A program made the position numbers and the translations under genes. Source: Macrostomum hystrix (taxonomy: Eukaryota > Animalia > Platyhelminthes). Taken from it: a DNA stretch of 64,000 nt. The notes under the pieces were generated by a model, which made no database searches, was not told the origin of the DNA, and was given only the letters and a program-made list of their open reading frames with translations. Location: positions 15,810,001 to 15,874,000 of the forward strand of contig CATNEN010000038.1 in assembly GCA_950097015.1 (NCBI GenBank), given 5' to 3'. Position 1 is the first letter of the stretch; each line of letters opens with the position of its first letter. This document shows, one piece after another, positions 51,950 to 62,348 of the stretch.

Positions 51950-54470
51950 TTGAGGAGGGCTAAGATCTCATGGGTGGTTTAAAGGAAGGCTGTGATCTCA
52001 TGGGTGGTTTAAAGGAAGGCTGTGATCTCATGGGTGGTTTAAAGAAAGGCTGAGATCTCATGGGTGGTTTAAAGGAAGGCTGAGATCTCATGGGTGGTTT
52101 AAAGGAAGGCTGAGATCTCATGGGTGGTTTAAAGGAAGGCTGTGATCTCATGGCTGGTTTAAAGGAAGGCTGAGATCTCATGGGTGGTTTAAAGGAAGGC
52201 TGTGATCTTATGGGTGGTTTAAAGGAAGGCTGTGATCTCATGGGTGGTTTAATGGAAGGCTGAGATCTCATGGGTGGTTTAAAGGAAGGCTGTGATCTCA
52301 TGGGTGGTTTAAAGGAAGGCTGTGATCTCATGGGTGGTTTAAAGGAAGGCTGTGATCTCATGGCTGGTTTAAAGGAAGGCTGAGATCTCATGGGTGGTTT
52401 AAAGGAAGGCTGTGATCTCATGGGTGGTTTAAAGGAAGGCTGTGATCTCATGGGTGGTTTAAAGGAAGGCTGTGATCTCATGGGTGGTTTAAAGGAAGGC
52501 TGTGATCTCATGGGTGGTTTAAAGGAAGGCTGTGATCTCATGGGTGGTTTAAAGGAAGGCTGAGATCTCATGGGTGGTTTAAAGGAAGGCTGTGATCTCA
52601 TGGCTGGTTTAAAGGAAGGCTGAGATCTCATGGGTGGTTTAAAGGAAGGCTGTGATCTCATGGGTGGTTTAAAGGAAGGCTGTGATCTCATGGGTGGTTT
52701 AATGGAAGGCTGTGATCTCATGGGTGGTTTAAAGGAAGGCTGTGATCTCATGGGTGGTTTAAAGGAAGGCTGTGATCTCATGGGTGGTTTAAAGGAAGGC
52801 TGTGATCTCATGGCTGGTTTAAAGGAAGGCTGAGATCTCATGGGTGGTTTAAAGGAAGGCTGTGATCTCATGGGTGGTTTAAAGGAGGGCTGTGATCTCA
52901 TGGGTGGTTTAAAGGAGGGCTGTGATCTTATGGGTGGTTTAAAGGAAGGCTGTGATCTCATGGGTGGTTTAAAGGAGGGCTGTGATCTCATGGGTGGTTT
53001 AAAGGAGGGCTGTGATCTCATGGGTGGTTTAAAGGAGGGCTGTGATCTTATGGGTGGTTTAAAGGAAGGCTGTGATCTCATGGGTGGTTTAAAGGAAGGC
53101 TGTGATCTTATGGGTGGTTTAAAGGAAGGCTGTGATCTCATGGGTGGTTTAAAGGAGGGCTGTGATCTCATGGGTGGTTTAAAGGAGGGCTGTGATCTCA
53201 TGGGTGGTTTAAAGGAGGGCTGTGATCTCATGGGTGGTTTAAAGGAGGGCTGTGATCTTATGGGTGGTTTAAAGGAAGGCTGTGATCTTATGGGTGGTTT
53301 AAAGGAAGGCTGTGATCTCATGGGTGGTTTAATGGAAGGCTGAGATCTCATGGGTGGTTTAAAGGAAGGCTGTGATCTCATGGGTGGTTTAAAGGAAGGC
53401 TGTGATCTCATGGGTGGTTTAAAGGAAGGCTGTGATCTCATGGCTGGTTTAAAGGAAGGCTGAGATCTCATGGGTGGTTTAAAGGAAGGCTGTGATCTCA
53501 TGGGTGGTTTAAAGGAAGGCTGTGATCTCATGGGTGGTTTAAAGGAAGGCTGTGATCTCATGGGTGGTTTAAAGGAAGGCTGTGATCTCATGGGTGGTTT
53601 AAAGGAAGGCTGTGATCTCATGGGTGGTTTAAAGGAAGGCTGAGATCTCATGGGTGGTTTAAAGGAAGGCTGTGATCTCATGGCTGGTTTAAAGGAAGGC
53701 TGAGATCTCATGGGTGGTTTAAAGGAAGGCTGTGATCTCATGGGTGGTTTAAAGGAAGGCTGTGATCTCATGGGTGGTTTAATGGAAGGCTGTGATCTCA
53801 TGGGTGGTTTAAAGGAAGGCTGTGATCTCATGGGTGGTTTAAAGGAAGGCTGTGATCTCATGGGTGGTTTAAAGGAAGGCTGTGATCTCATGGCTGGTTT
53901 AAAGGAAGGCTGAGATCTCATGGGTGGTTTAAAGGAAGGCTGTGATCTCATGGGTGGTTTAAAGGAGGGCTGTGATCTCATGGGTGGTTTAAAGGAGGGC
54001 TGTGATCTTATGGGTGGTTTAAAGGAAGGCTGTGATCTCATGGGTGGTTTAAAGGAGGGCTGTGATCTCATGGGTGGTTTAAAGGAGGGCTGTGATCTCA
54101 TGGGTGGTTTAAAGGAGGGCTGTGATCTTATGGGTGGTTTAAAGGAAGGCTGTGATCTCATGGGTGGTTTAAAGGAAGGCTGTGATCTTATGGGTGGTTT
54201 AAAGGAAGGCTGTGATCTCATGGGTGGTTTAAAGGAGGGCTGTGATCTCATGGGTGGTTTAAAGGAGGGCTGTGATCTCATGGGTGGTTTAAAGGAGGGC
54301 TGTGATCTCATGGGTGGTTTAAAGGAGGGCTGTGATCTTATGGGTGGTTTAAAGGAAGGCTGTGATCTCATGGGTGGTTTAAAGGAGGGCTGTGATCTCA
54401 TGGGTGGTTTAAAGGAAGGCTGTGATCTCATGGGTGGTTTAATGGAAGGCTGTGATCTCATGTGTGGTGT
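51950..54470. repeat. 30-bp minisatellite (TGTGATCTCATGGGTGGTTTAAAGGAAGGC), left of the LTR insertion
   Basis: About 84 copies, with a 1080-bp higher-order duplication. Confidence 0.98.
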
Positions 54471-54774
54471 TGTCGTTTGTGACAATAATTTCAAAGTTAG
54501 GTTAGTTGAAGTAGAAAGCTGTAGTTGATCGTTATTAACAGAGTTTATTTGTAGATTATTAAACGGTTGAACGGATCGTGAGAGCATAGCGCATTTGTCT
54601 CTTGAATATAATTTAGGGGTTTTGAACCTAGACATTACTGTACTGGGCTAAAGAAAGCATTCTAGAATATTCTAGAATGGTGTTGCTATTTTTAGAAGCG
54701 TGCGCATCAACTGGCGAAGGAAAGATAGGCTAACGATAAGGGCGGTTTTATGGAGGTTCAGTCTGAACCCGACA
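54471..54774 (-). repeat. 3' LTR of the Bel/Pao element (304 bp)
   Basis: Direct repeat of 60895-61198 with TG...CA termini. Confidence 0.95.
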
Positions 54775-54953
54775 AGCTGGGGCGCCGGAAGCGCAAGCTA
54801 AAAAAAAAACGCAAGTTGAAGGTGTGAATTGGGATCGCAAATGGGTAGTAGGGTGGGTAGTAGGTTAATAACGCAAATAGGTAATAGTGTAAACTGATAA
54901 AGAAGCATGCATGAACGTCCTTTAGTCACATTAGTCAATTGAGTCTCTGTCAG

Positions 54954-57900
54954 TCAGTCCAGCAAGGCGCTGCGTATAATGTTCCGGCGTTGCGCACGCT
55001 TGGCCCGGGTGGACATTTCTGGTGTTCTTGGATGCATGCTTAAGTCCGGAGTCGGCCCAGCGTCTTGAGCTTCCAACGGTGCTGTAGCATCGAAGTCTGT
55101 GTCTGCTGTCACGTTCGGTGAGGCGCCGTTGATGTCGAGATCTACCTCGAGAGGAACGAGATGAGCTACTGCTCGGCAGGACTCGTTACCACTGCTTGTG
55201 CGCACGGTGACATAGCGTATGATACCATTGGCGTCTGGGTGTGTGGTAACGACCCGACAGGTCTTCCATGACCCACGTGGTGTGTTCTCAGCGAGAAGGT
55301 AGAACTGACCGACTCGAGGTTCAACCCTGCGGTCGGGAAAGCGAGTACGATTGCTCAGATGAACGTTTTGAAGATGTTGTATGTACTCGCGTCGCCAGCG
55401 ATGCCAAAAGGAGTCGACGATCTGTTCCCGGTGACGGTAAGCCGCTCGGAGTCTGTCTGCAGTCGTAGAACCTGTTGGCAAGATGTTGCCTTCGGGCGCA
55501 CTAGGCACATCAAGCCGAGACGATGGTGCGATAAGGCACGCGGGCGTGATCGGACGTGGGTCCTTCGGGTCGCTGCTCAATGACGTCAATGGGCGACTGT
55601 TGATGACCGCCTCTATCTTGCAGAGAAGTGTAGTGAGTTCCTCATCGGTGATGCGACGGTGCCAAAGAGCTGGGCGAAGACTTGATTTGACCATAGCCAC
55701 CAGACGTTCTACGGCTCCTTGATGCCACGGTGACCGAGCCGGGGCAAACCTGAAGTGGAGCTTTTTGACTGCAGCGAACGGTTGGAGGTCGCTGTATAAC
55801 TTACTCTGGAAGGCTGGAGAGAGAAGAGTGTCAACGACTTTTGCAGTGGCTTGGAACGCAGTGGCTTGATCAAGGAAAATGGTGCCCTCAGTTAGACCTC
55901 GGCGTGCCCAGAAGCGTTCAAATGCATGTAGTACGGCGTCTGCTGAATAATCGTGCAGGAGCTCGATATGAACTGCTCGACTGGTCGCACAGCAGAGGAG
56001 TAGGGCCCAACGTTTTCGAGTAAGCTGTGTTCTGGGATCGAAGGTGTAGATCGGTCCTAGCTGGTCGACGAGAATCGAATTAAAGGCAGGTTGGGACGAG
56101 TCGAGGCGTTCGGGTGGAAGCTGGCCATGTGATGGACGTGGAAGTGTTGTTGCCTTAGAGAGACGGCATTCCCAACATCCTCGGACAACGTTGCGGACAG
56201 TTAAAAGTCCACGGGCGACCCAGAATCGTTCACGGAAACGGCTAAGTACAGTACCCGCTGATGCATGCTCTTCTTGACGATGGATATACATTATAATGAG
56301 ACTAGTGAGGCGATGATCAGCCGGCAATAGCAGAGGATGAGTTGAGTCTGCACTAATCGTGGCGTTCGTGAGCCGGGAACCTAGCCGTAGATATCCACTT
56401 TCATCTCTGAATAGATCCAACTGGTGGATGAGCTTACACGACTTGTGCTTTCCGTTAGCTAGTGCGGCAAACACATCAGCAAAGTGAATTTCTTGAACGT
56501 GCTGGATCCATAGCATTAGAGCCATTTCTCGCTCGATAGCGTCGGGAATGCCTTTGCTGCTGCTGTGCTTCGCGAACCGGAGGACATAAGACGTCGTGCC
56601 AAGGAGGGAATGGAGTCGTGAGAAACGGTAGAGATCCATGACCGATGGAGCACCTGCTCCAATAGCTGTCGCCGTGGTGTTCAAGGATGTTGCCTTGCAG
56701 ACTTTGCTCTCTGATTGAGTATTACTGTCCGATTGGTTGCATTGTGGAGCCGTGTTCCAGGAAGGCCAGTTCTCGTAGGGCTGTTGTAGGAAGGCAGGAC
56801 CTCTGTAGAAGTCTGAGCCGATGAGCTGAGAGAGACCTAGCGGCTTAGTGCAGTAGTCAGCAGGATTGTCCTTAGTGTGGACGTAGCGACGGTCTGTTGT
56901 AAGGTTCGAATTCCGAATCTCTTGTACTCGCCGTTCTTCATATGGCCGAAGGTTCTTACCGTTCTGGATCCAGTGAAGGACGATCTGAGAGTCGATATAG
57001 TGAGTAACACCGACGATGTTCAGATGCGGGACTAGCATTTCGTGAAGGAGCGCCGTAGTCCGATTGGCCAGGAGTGCGGCCCATAGCTCGATGCGCGGAA
57101 CCGTTATGAGAAGGTTTTTCTTTCCAGACGGTACGAGACGTGACTTGGCTAGGATGAGATTACAGGTTGATCGGTCGTCGATCGTCTGCTGAACGTAGAC
57201 AACAAAGCCGTACGCTTGGGTCGAGCCGTCACTGAAGACGATCAGCCGACAGGGTTTCGCTCTGTTCTCAATGCAGTAGCGAGGCACGGCAATGCGATCG
57301 ACCGCCGTAAATTCCTGATGAAGCCTTGTCCATGCTGCAGTCGTTTCAGCGTCAGCAAGCTTGTCCCATGGGTCGTTGGGCTTGAATGCCTTGTAATAGA
57401 GCAGGCGTCCTGCCAGTACTAGTGGGGCTGCGTACCCGAACGGATCGTAGATCTTACAGATCGCGCTGAGAAGTTGGACGCGAGTGAGTCCATCCGTCAT
57501 TGGGATATCAGGTTTGGTGAGATGCAACACGTCGAGGGTTGTATCCCACGTGATACCTAAGTTTTTAACTTCGGTTCGTGAGATTCGATCTTCCAGGGGA
57601 ACATTCACCAGGGCCTCTCGGTCATTAGCGGCGAATTCTCGAAGGTTGAAGCAAGCAGAACGGAAGAGTGTGCGAAGACCATTGACCAAACGAGGGCCTT
57701 CATCTGACTTTTCGTAGCCAATCACGAGATTGTCAACATACAAACCGCTTGGAATTGAAGCAATCTCTTGGCGAGAAAGGCCGAAACTCCCAGTTTCCGT
57801 AGCGTCAAGACAGAGCTTGAGAATTACCGCTTGTAAGATCCATGGTGATGGGCTGGCACCCATGACGATGCGGGTGAAACGCCAGAGCTGCCAATTGTCC

Positions 57901-60806
57901 TGGCTGAACGGCTTCGAGTGGTCTTTCGGCAAGATAATTCGCAAGGCATCCCGGAACTCTGGGTGAACACAGATCTGGTAAAATGCTGATTGCAGATCGC
58001 TTACGCAGGCGTATTTGAAAAGGCGTAGGCGGAGCTGGACTTGAAGAAGGCTAGTCAAAAGGTTCGGTCCGGTCTCAAGAAGATCATTTAGGCAAGGCCC
58101 GTTAAGTGACGTACGAGCTGAGGCGTCGACCACAGGACGAACCTTGGTGGTGCTCGAGGTGTGCTTGAACACCGGGAAGTGTGGCAGTACATGTACAACC
58201 TGGCCTTTTGGCTGGGTCCCATCCACAGGCTCTAACACACCTTCTTCGATTCGCTTATGGAACTCACCGTAGTACTGGTTTCGTTGTTCCGGCGAAAGGC
58301 GACGATGAATGGCCTGTGCTCGGCCAAATGCTTGTCCAAAGTTAGACGGAAGCCTCTCAATTCCGGGTTTAAGGGGTAGAGCTACGGAGAACCGACCGTC
58401 GGTCCCACGAGTAGTGGTATCGATAAGTTGCTTTGTGAGTCGTTCACCATTGAGATTCAGTGTCTCTGCTCCCTTTTCCAGACCAAGAAGGTCCAGGCTT
58501 GTCATGCGTTCGACGAGTTCTTCCAGGTTGGGCTGGCGGATGTTGCAAAACAAGGAAGATGTTGGGATTTGACCGCCTTGAAAACCGGGTGTACCTTCTA
58601 ATGAGCCGGTGAGAACAATGCCAAAGGGTGTGAGGTGCGCAGTGAAGGTAGGTCGCAAGGAAATCGCGCTGATACCTGGGCCGATAAGGAGCTGCGCATA
58701 GTCACTACCGATGATAAGGTCAAGCTCCATTTCATCATTCTCCGCTGGCGGAATTTTTTGAACATCTTGAGGCAGGCAAGCAAGGGTGGCTTGTATGTCC
58801 TTCGGTAAGGTGACTGCTGGTATGTGGATAGATGGTGCCACGACTTCCGTGGAGAGAGCCTTGATTGGCATACGGCGACCGTCTTTAGTAGATAGCTCCA
58901 GAAGAACGATTTCGGCTTGGACTTGTCGTCGTGTGGCGCTATGGCATGAAGAGCTGTCCAGCGTAACCTTGCCGTAGACCTTGAGACCGAGCTTGCGGGC
59001 GATGTCTCGCCTCAGGTAAGAGTAGGAACTGCCTCCATCAATGAGAGCATTGACGAGTGTCGACGCCCCAGTGCATGGGTTGTGAGCCGGAGCCGTGAAG
59101 GTTGCCATGACTGAAGGTCCCAGGTTGCCGTCCTGAGTTGTGGAGAAGCATGAAACTGCGTTGATCTGATTGATGCTTGAACCTTCAGACTCGGTTTTGG
59201 GATTCGATGTAGCATTGAGGTGACTGTTCGCCTTGGGCGTAGTTCTGTTTGTAGATGCTTTCTGAGTTGGGTTGACGGTAGACTGTGTTGACTCACTGAA
59301 TAGAGCACCGTGAACAGTGGTGTGGTGTCTCTCTTTGCACTCACGACACCTGAACTGAGATAGGCATCGCTGAATCCCATGTGCACGGAGGCAGTTGAGA
59401 CATAGCTTCTTTTGACGAAGTATTTTGAGCCTAGCATCTGGTGAAGGGATGCGGGTGCGGTGAAAGACGTCATGACTAGTCTCATCGCAGTAAACGCAGT
59501 TAGGTCGTAATGCTTGACCACTGTTATTTGGAATCTTCAAACTGTGGCCCGGAGAACGCCAGGTGATATTTCTCGGCAGGTTGGACCTAGAGACGCGACT
59601 CGACTTAGATTTGAGACTGGAGTGGGTAGATGAGGCCGCGTTGAAAAGGCTAGCTCCAGCGAAAGGTGTAGAAATCGTACCGATTGTTTGTTTGGCGACC
59701 CGAAGTGCGCGGAGCTTGATGTCCAGGTAGTCTTGTAGCTCCACCATGGTGGGCATTAGCGGCTTTGCGACTTTGATCCGTTGATCCTGTAGGTCCATCT
59801 GTACAGATGCTGGGAGCTTTGGCAAGATGGCGAAGACGTAGGCATCTACAGCCGCTGTAGGCTCACCAAGCCGTGCGAGTTGACCAATAGTAAGACGGAG
59901 GTCGTCCGTGAATTCCTCGAAAGAATGATACTCAAACTCAATGAGTTGATGCATGCCGAGGAGGCGCTTGTAGCAAGCACTCTTTTGCTCCTGAGAGTCG
60001 CCATAGTTGATCTGGAGAATTCGACACGCCTCTTGGAAGGCGCCCTGTTGGCAAGCGTCCAACCCACCTAGCTTCTTGAGGGCATTCCCGGAGAGTAGGC
60101 CCCGTAGGGCCTCGAACTTGTCGACCTCGGAGTAATCGACTTGATTGATTCGGTGACAGAAAGAATTCCAGAAGGCGGGGAAGCTTGCCGGATCTTCCCC
60201 GTCAAATGGTTGGAGCTGCACCTTACGTAGGATGGTGTCACTTAGTAGCGAGGCTGGCCGCTGGGCCAGCTGGGTGCTGGAAGTCAGCGGAGAGTTGGAA
60301 GGTGCCGGTGGGTTCTGGCGGATACTGAGCTGCTGCAGCATCTGCTGATTCTGTTGCATGAGTACAGTCATGGCGCCTAGAATCTGCTGCATACAGTCTG
60401 GTTGCTGTGTCGCTGTCTGAGAAATCGGAAGCGTATCTGAGCTGGGCATCCGTGCTGAATGAGTCGACTCAAGTAAAAGGTAGCTGGTTCGATTCGGAGA
60501 CCAGACGGAAGTGGCAGTTGCTGGCGGCGTGCTGGACTGTTGAGAGTTGGCGAGACTGGCGTTGCGGCTGGTGTCGCCCGAAATAGCCGTGCCTTGGTGG
60601 CTGCTAGGAATTTGTTGCAAGGAATTGGCAGGCAGTGAAGCGGTTGAAGGTCCAGGGTTGGTCGGCTGTGGCGTTGCGTTTGCGGCATCTCCGAGATCGC
60701 GTGCGGAAGCTGTGTGCATGTTGCTGCGAGTGCCTTTGCTGTGTGCGGGCTTAGCAACGGTTGCCGATCGCTTGGATGTGGATGTGTGGCCCTTCCGAAT
60801 TACCAT
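54954..60806 (-). CDS. Bel/Pao Gag-Pol polyprotein (gag with three Zn knuckles, aspartic protease, RT, Pao-type RNase H, integrase), 1950 aa
   Basis: Gag LQPFDGEDPASFPAFW; knuckles CVYC..H, CLNC..H..C, CREC..HH..H; protease ALIDGGS; RT DLQSAF and YVDN; RNase H FSDGS, PRIEL, DSQ, NPAD; integrase HHCC plus DQLGP, DQAT, ERLV. Domain order PR-RT-RH-IN. Confidence 0.95.
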   Translation of the reverse strand: MVIRKGHTSTSKRSATVAKPAHSKGTRSNMHTASARDLGDAANATPQPTNPGPSTASLPANSLQQIPSSHQGTAISGDTSRNASLANSQQSSTPPATATSVWSPNRTSYLLLESTHSARMPSSDTLPISQTATQQPDCMQQILGAMTVLMQQNQQMLQQLSIRQNPPAPSNSPLTSSTQLAQRPASLLSDTILRKVQLQPFDGEDPASFPAFWNSFCHRINQVDYSEVDKFEALRGLLSGNALKKLGGLDACQQGAFQEACRILQINYGDSQEQKSACYKRLLGMHQLIEFEYHSFEEFTDDLRLTIGQLARLGEPTAAVDAYVFAILPKLPASVQMDLQDQRIKVAKPLMPTMVELQDYLDIKLRALRVAKQTIGTISTPFAGASLFNAASSTHSSLKSKSSRVSRSNLPRNITWRSPGHSLKIPNNSGQALRPNCVYCDETSHDVFHRTRIPSPDARLKILRQKKLCLNCLRAHGIQRCLSQFRCRECKERHHTTVHGALFSESTQSTVNPTQKASTNRTTPKANSHLNATSNPKTESEGSSINQINAVSCFSTTQDGNLGPSVMATFTAPAHNPCTGASTLVNALIDGGSSYSYLRRDIARKLGLKVYGKVTLDSSSCHSATRRQVQAEIVLLELSTKDGRRMPIKALSTEVVAPSIHIPAVTLPKDIQATLACLPQDVQKIPPAENDEMELDLIIGSDYAQLLIGPGISAISLRPTFTAHLTPFGIVLTGSLEGTPGFQGGQIPTSSLFCNIRQPNLEELVERMTSLDLLGLEKGAETLNLNGERLTKQLIDTTTRGTDGRFSVALPLKPGIERLPSNFGQAFGRAQAIHRRLSPEQRNQYYGEFHKRIEEGVLEPVDGTQPKGQVVHVLPHFPVFKHTSSTTKVRPVVDASARTSLNGPCLNDLLETGPNLLTSLLQVQLRLRLFKYACVSDLQSAFYQICVHPEFRDALRIILPKDHSKPFSQDNWQLWRFTRIVMGASPSPWILQAVILKLCLDATETGSFGLSRQEIASIPSGLYVDNLVIGYEKSDEGPRLVNGLRTLFRSACFNLREFAANDREALVNVPLEDRISRTEVKNLGITWDTTLDVLHLTKPDIPMTDGLTRVQLLSAICKIYDPFGYAAPLVLAGRLLYYKAFKPNDPWDKLADAETTAAWTRLHQEFTAVDRIAVPRYCIENRAKPCRLIVFSDGSTQAYGFVVYVQQTIDDRSTCNLILAKSRLVPSGKKNLLITVPRIELWAALLANRTTALLHEMLVPHLNIVGVTHYIDSQIVLHWIQNGKNLRPYEERRVQEIRNSNLTTDRRYVHTKDNPADYCTKPLGLSQLIGSDFYRGPAFLQQPYENWPSWNTAPQCNQSDSNTQSESKVCKATSLNTTATAIGAGAPSVMDLYRFSRLHSLLGTTSYVLRFAKHSSSKGIPDAIEREMALMLWIQHVQEIHFADVFAALANGKHKSCKLIHQLDLFRDESGYLRLGSRLTNATISADSTHPLLLPADHRLTSLIIMYIHRQEEHASAGTVLSRFRERFWVARGLLTVRNVVRGCWECRLSKATTLPRPSHGQLPPERLDSSQPAFNSILVDQLGPIYTFDPRTQLTRKRWALLLCCATSRAVHIELLHDYSADAVLHAFERFWARRGLTEGTIFLDQATAFQATAKVVDTLLSPAFQSKLYSDLQPFAAVKKLHFRFAPARSPWHQGAVERLVAMVKSSLRPALWHRRITDEELTTLLCKIEAVINSRPLTSLSSDPKDPRPITPACLIAPSSRLDVPSAPEGNILPTGSTTADRLRAAYRHREQIVDSFWHRWRREYIQHLQNVHLSNRTRFPDRRVEPRVGQFYLLAENTPRGSWKTCRVVTTHPDANGIIRYVTVRTSSGNESCRAVAHLVPLEVDLDINGASPNVTADTDFDATAPLEAQDAGPTPDLSMHPRTPEMSTRAKRAQRRNIIRSALLD

Positions 60807-60874
60807 TTGGTTCGCGCTGATACGAAGCTGAATTGAGGTGTAGAACTTTAAGGCGGGCAGTTAAGCAGGCCTTT

Positions 60875-60892
60875 AACCACGCTCTGCTACCA
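60875..60892 (-). promoter_or_regulatory. Primer-binding site complementary to initiator tRNA-Met
   Basis: Minus strand TGGTAGCAGAGCGTGGTT starts 2 nt after the 5' LTR and is complementary to the ...CTCTGCTACCA 3' end of animal tRNA-iMet. Confidence 0.8.
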
Positions 60893-60894
60893 TT

Positions 60895-61198
60895 TGTCGT
60901 TTGTGACAATAATTTCAAAGTTAGGTTAGTTGAAGTAGAAAGCTGTAGTTGATCGTTATTAACAGAGTTTATTTGTAGATTATTAAACGGTTGAACGGAT
61001 CGTGAGAGCATAGCGCATTTGTCTCTTGAATATAATTTAGGGGTTTTGAACCTAGACATTACTGTACTGGGCTAAAGAAAGCATTCTAGAATATTCTAGA
61101 ATGGTGTTGCTATTTTTAGAAGCGTGCGCATCAACTGGGGAAGGAAAGATAGGCTAACGATAAGGGCGGTTTTATGGAGGTTCAGTCTGAACCCGACA
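60895..61198 (-). repeat. 5' LTR of the Bel/Pao element (304 bp)
   Basis: Direct repeat of 54471-54774, followed on the minus strand by the PBS. Confidence 0.95.
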
Positions 61199-61550
61199 GG
61201 TGTAATGGAAGGCTGTGATCTCAAAGTTGGTTTAAAGGAAGGCTGTGATCTCATGGGTGGTTTAATGGAAGGCTGAGATCTCATGGCTGGTTTAAAGGAA
61301 GGCTGTGATCTCATGGGTAGTTTAATGGAAGGCTGTGATCTCATAGGTGGTTTAATGGAAGGCTGTGATCTCATGGGTGGTTTAATGGAAGGCTGTGATC
61401 TCATAAGTGGTTTAATGGAAGGCTGTGATCTCATGGGTGGTTTAAAGGAGGGCTGTGATCTCATGGGTGGTTTAAAGGAAGGCTGTGATCTCATGGGTGG
61501 TTTAAAGGAAGGCTGTGATCTCATGGGTGGTTTAAAGTAAGGCTGAGATT
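61199..61550. repeat. Same 30-bp minisatellite, right of the LTR insertion
   Basis: About 11-12 more diverged copies, continuing the register across the TSD. Confidence 0.95.
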
Positions 61551-62348
61551 ATTCACCCTGAATATTTGTCTTAGAAAACATTTTAGAATTCGAAAAATCT
61601 AGCTCAAAGTCCCACTGATTTGTTCGCCAAAATTAAATTTTGTCTCAATTTGTCGAGCTGAAATGTTTATATTGCTAAATGAAAATCAAAAGTTACTACT
61701 GCAAGTAGCAATAAATGTTCTATTATATTGTGATTCTCTGATAAAATCAGCAAAAAAGCATTAGCAACAAAAAATGTCAAACCCTATACCTTTCTAGTTA
61801 GTCAGCATAAACAAAAAACTCGCAACTTGAACCTGTTTAACAGAACGGAAAATTTATTGTGCTGCACCCGAACGGAGCAACGCAAGCACACGAAAATCAA
61901 GAATCAAGACGCCATCTCTTCAGACTGTCGAGATATTCAATGCTTCTGAATTTTTCCCAATCGCGCTTGTGTATTTCATACACCCCTATACACAAATTAG
62001 CACTGCGCCTCAGTGCGGCCTTGCCAGGTCTTCAAAATGTATCATCATGTCACCCGAATGTGCCTGCATCATCTCTGACTTCGGTGGTCTTCTAAACTTA
62101 TCTAGACGGACTGCTGGACCTTCAAGGGCTACAACAGGTGTAACTATGCCACTATGGACGCCCTGACGCGAATTAGTCCGATTTCACTGATCAAGCTTAA
62201 ACATTAGGCGCAGCTCAACCACAGGACAACCTCGCCTAGTCTGTCAACCAACCATATCACCACCCAACGCTGCTAGCATTCAGGTGCTGCTAAAAAATTT
62301 CAGGGGGAACTGCAGTTTGTCTAAAGAAGCCATCGAGGCTCATTGTTG

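Larger units (their letters stand above)
54471..61198 (-). mobile_element. Full-length Bel/Pao LTR retrotransposon, recent insertion
   Basis: Two 304-bp LTRs (54471-54774 and 60895-61198) with TGTCG...CGACA termini and one visible mismatch. 5-bp TSD GGTGT at 54466-54470 and 61199-61203. PBS present; single intact gag-pol ORF. Confidence 0.96.

Noticed and set aside
60751-61059. 102-aa ORF upstream of gag-pol as a separate gene
   Set aside because: It starts at the LTR-internal ATG, runs through the PBS and has no recognisable domain.
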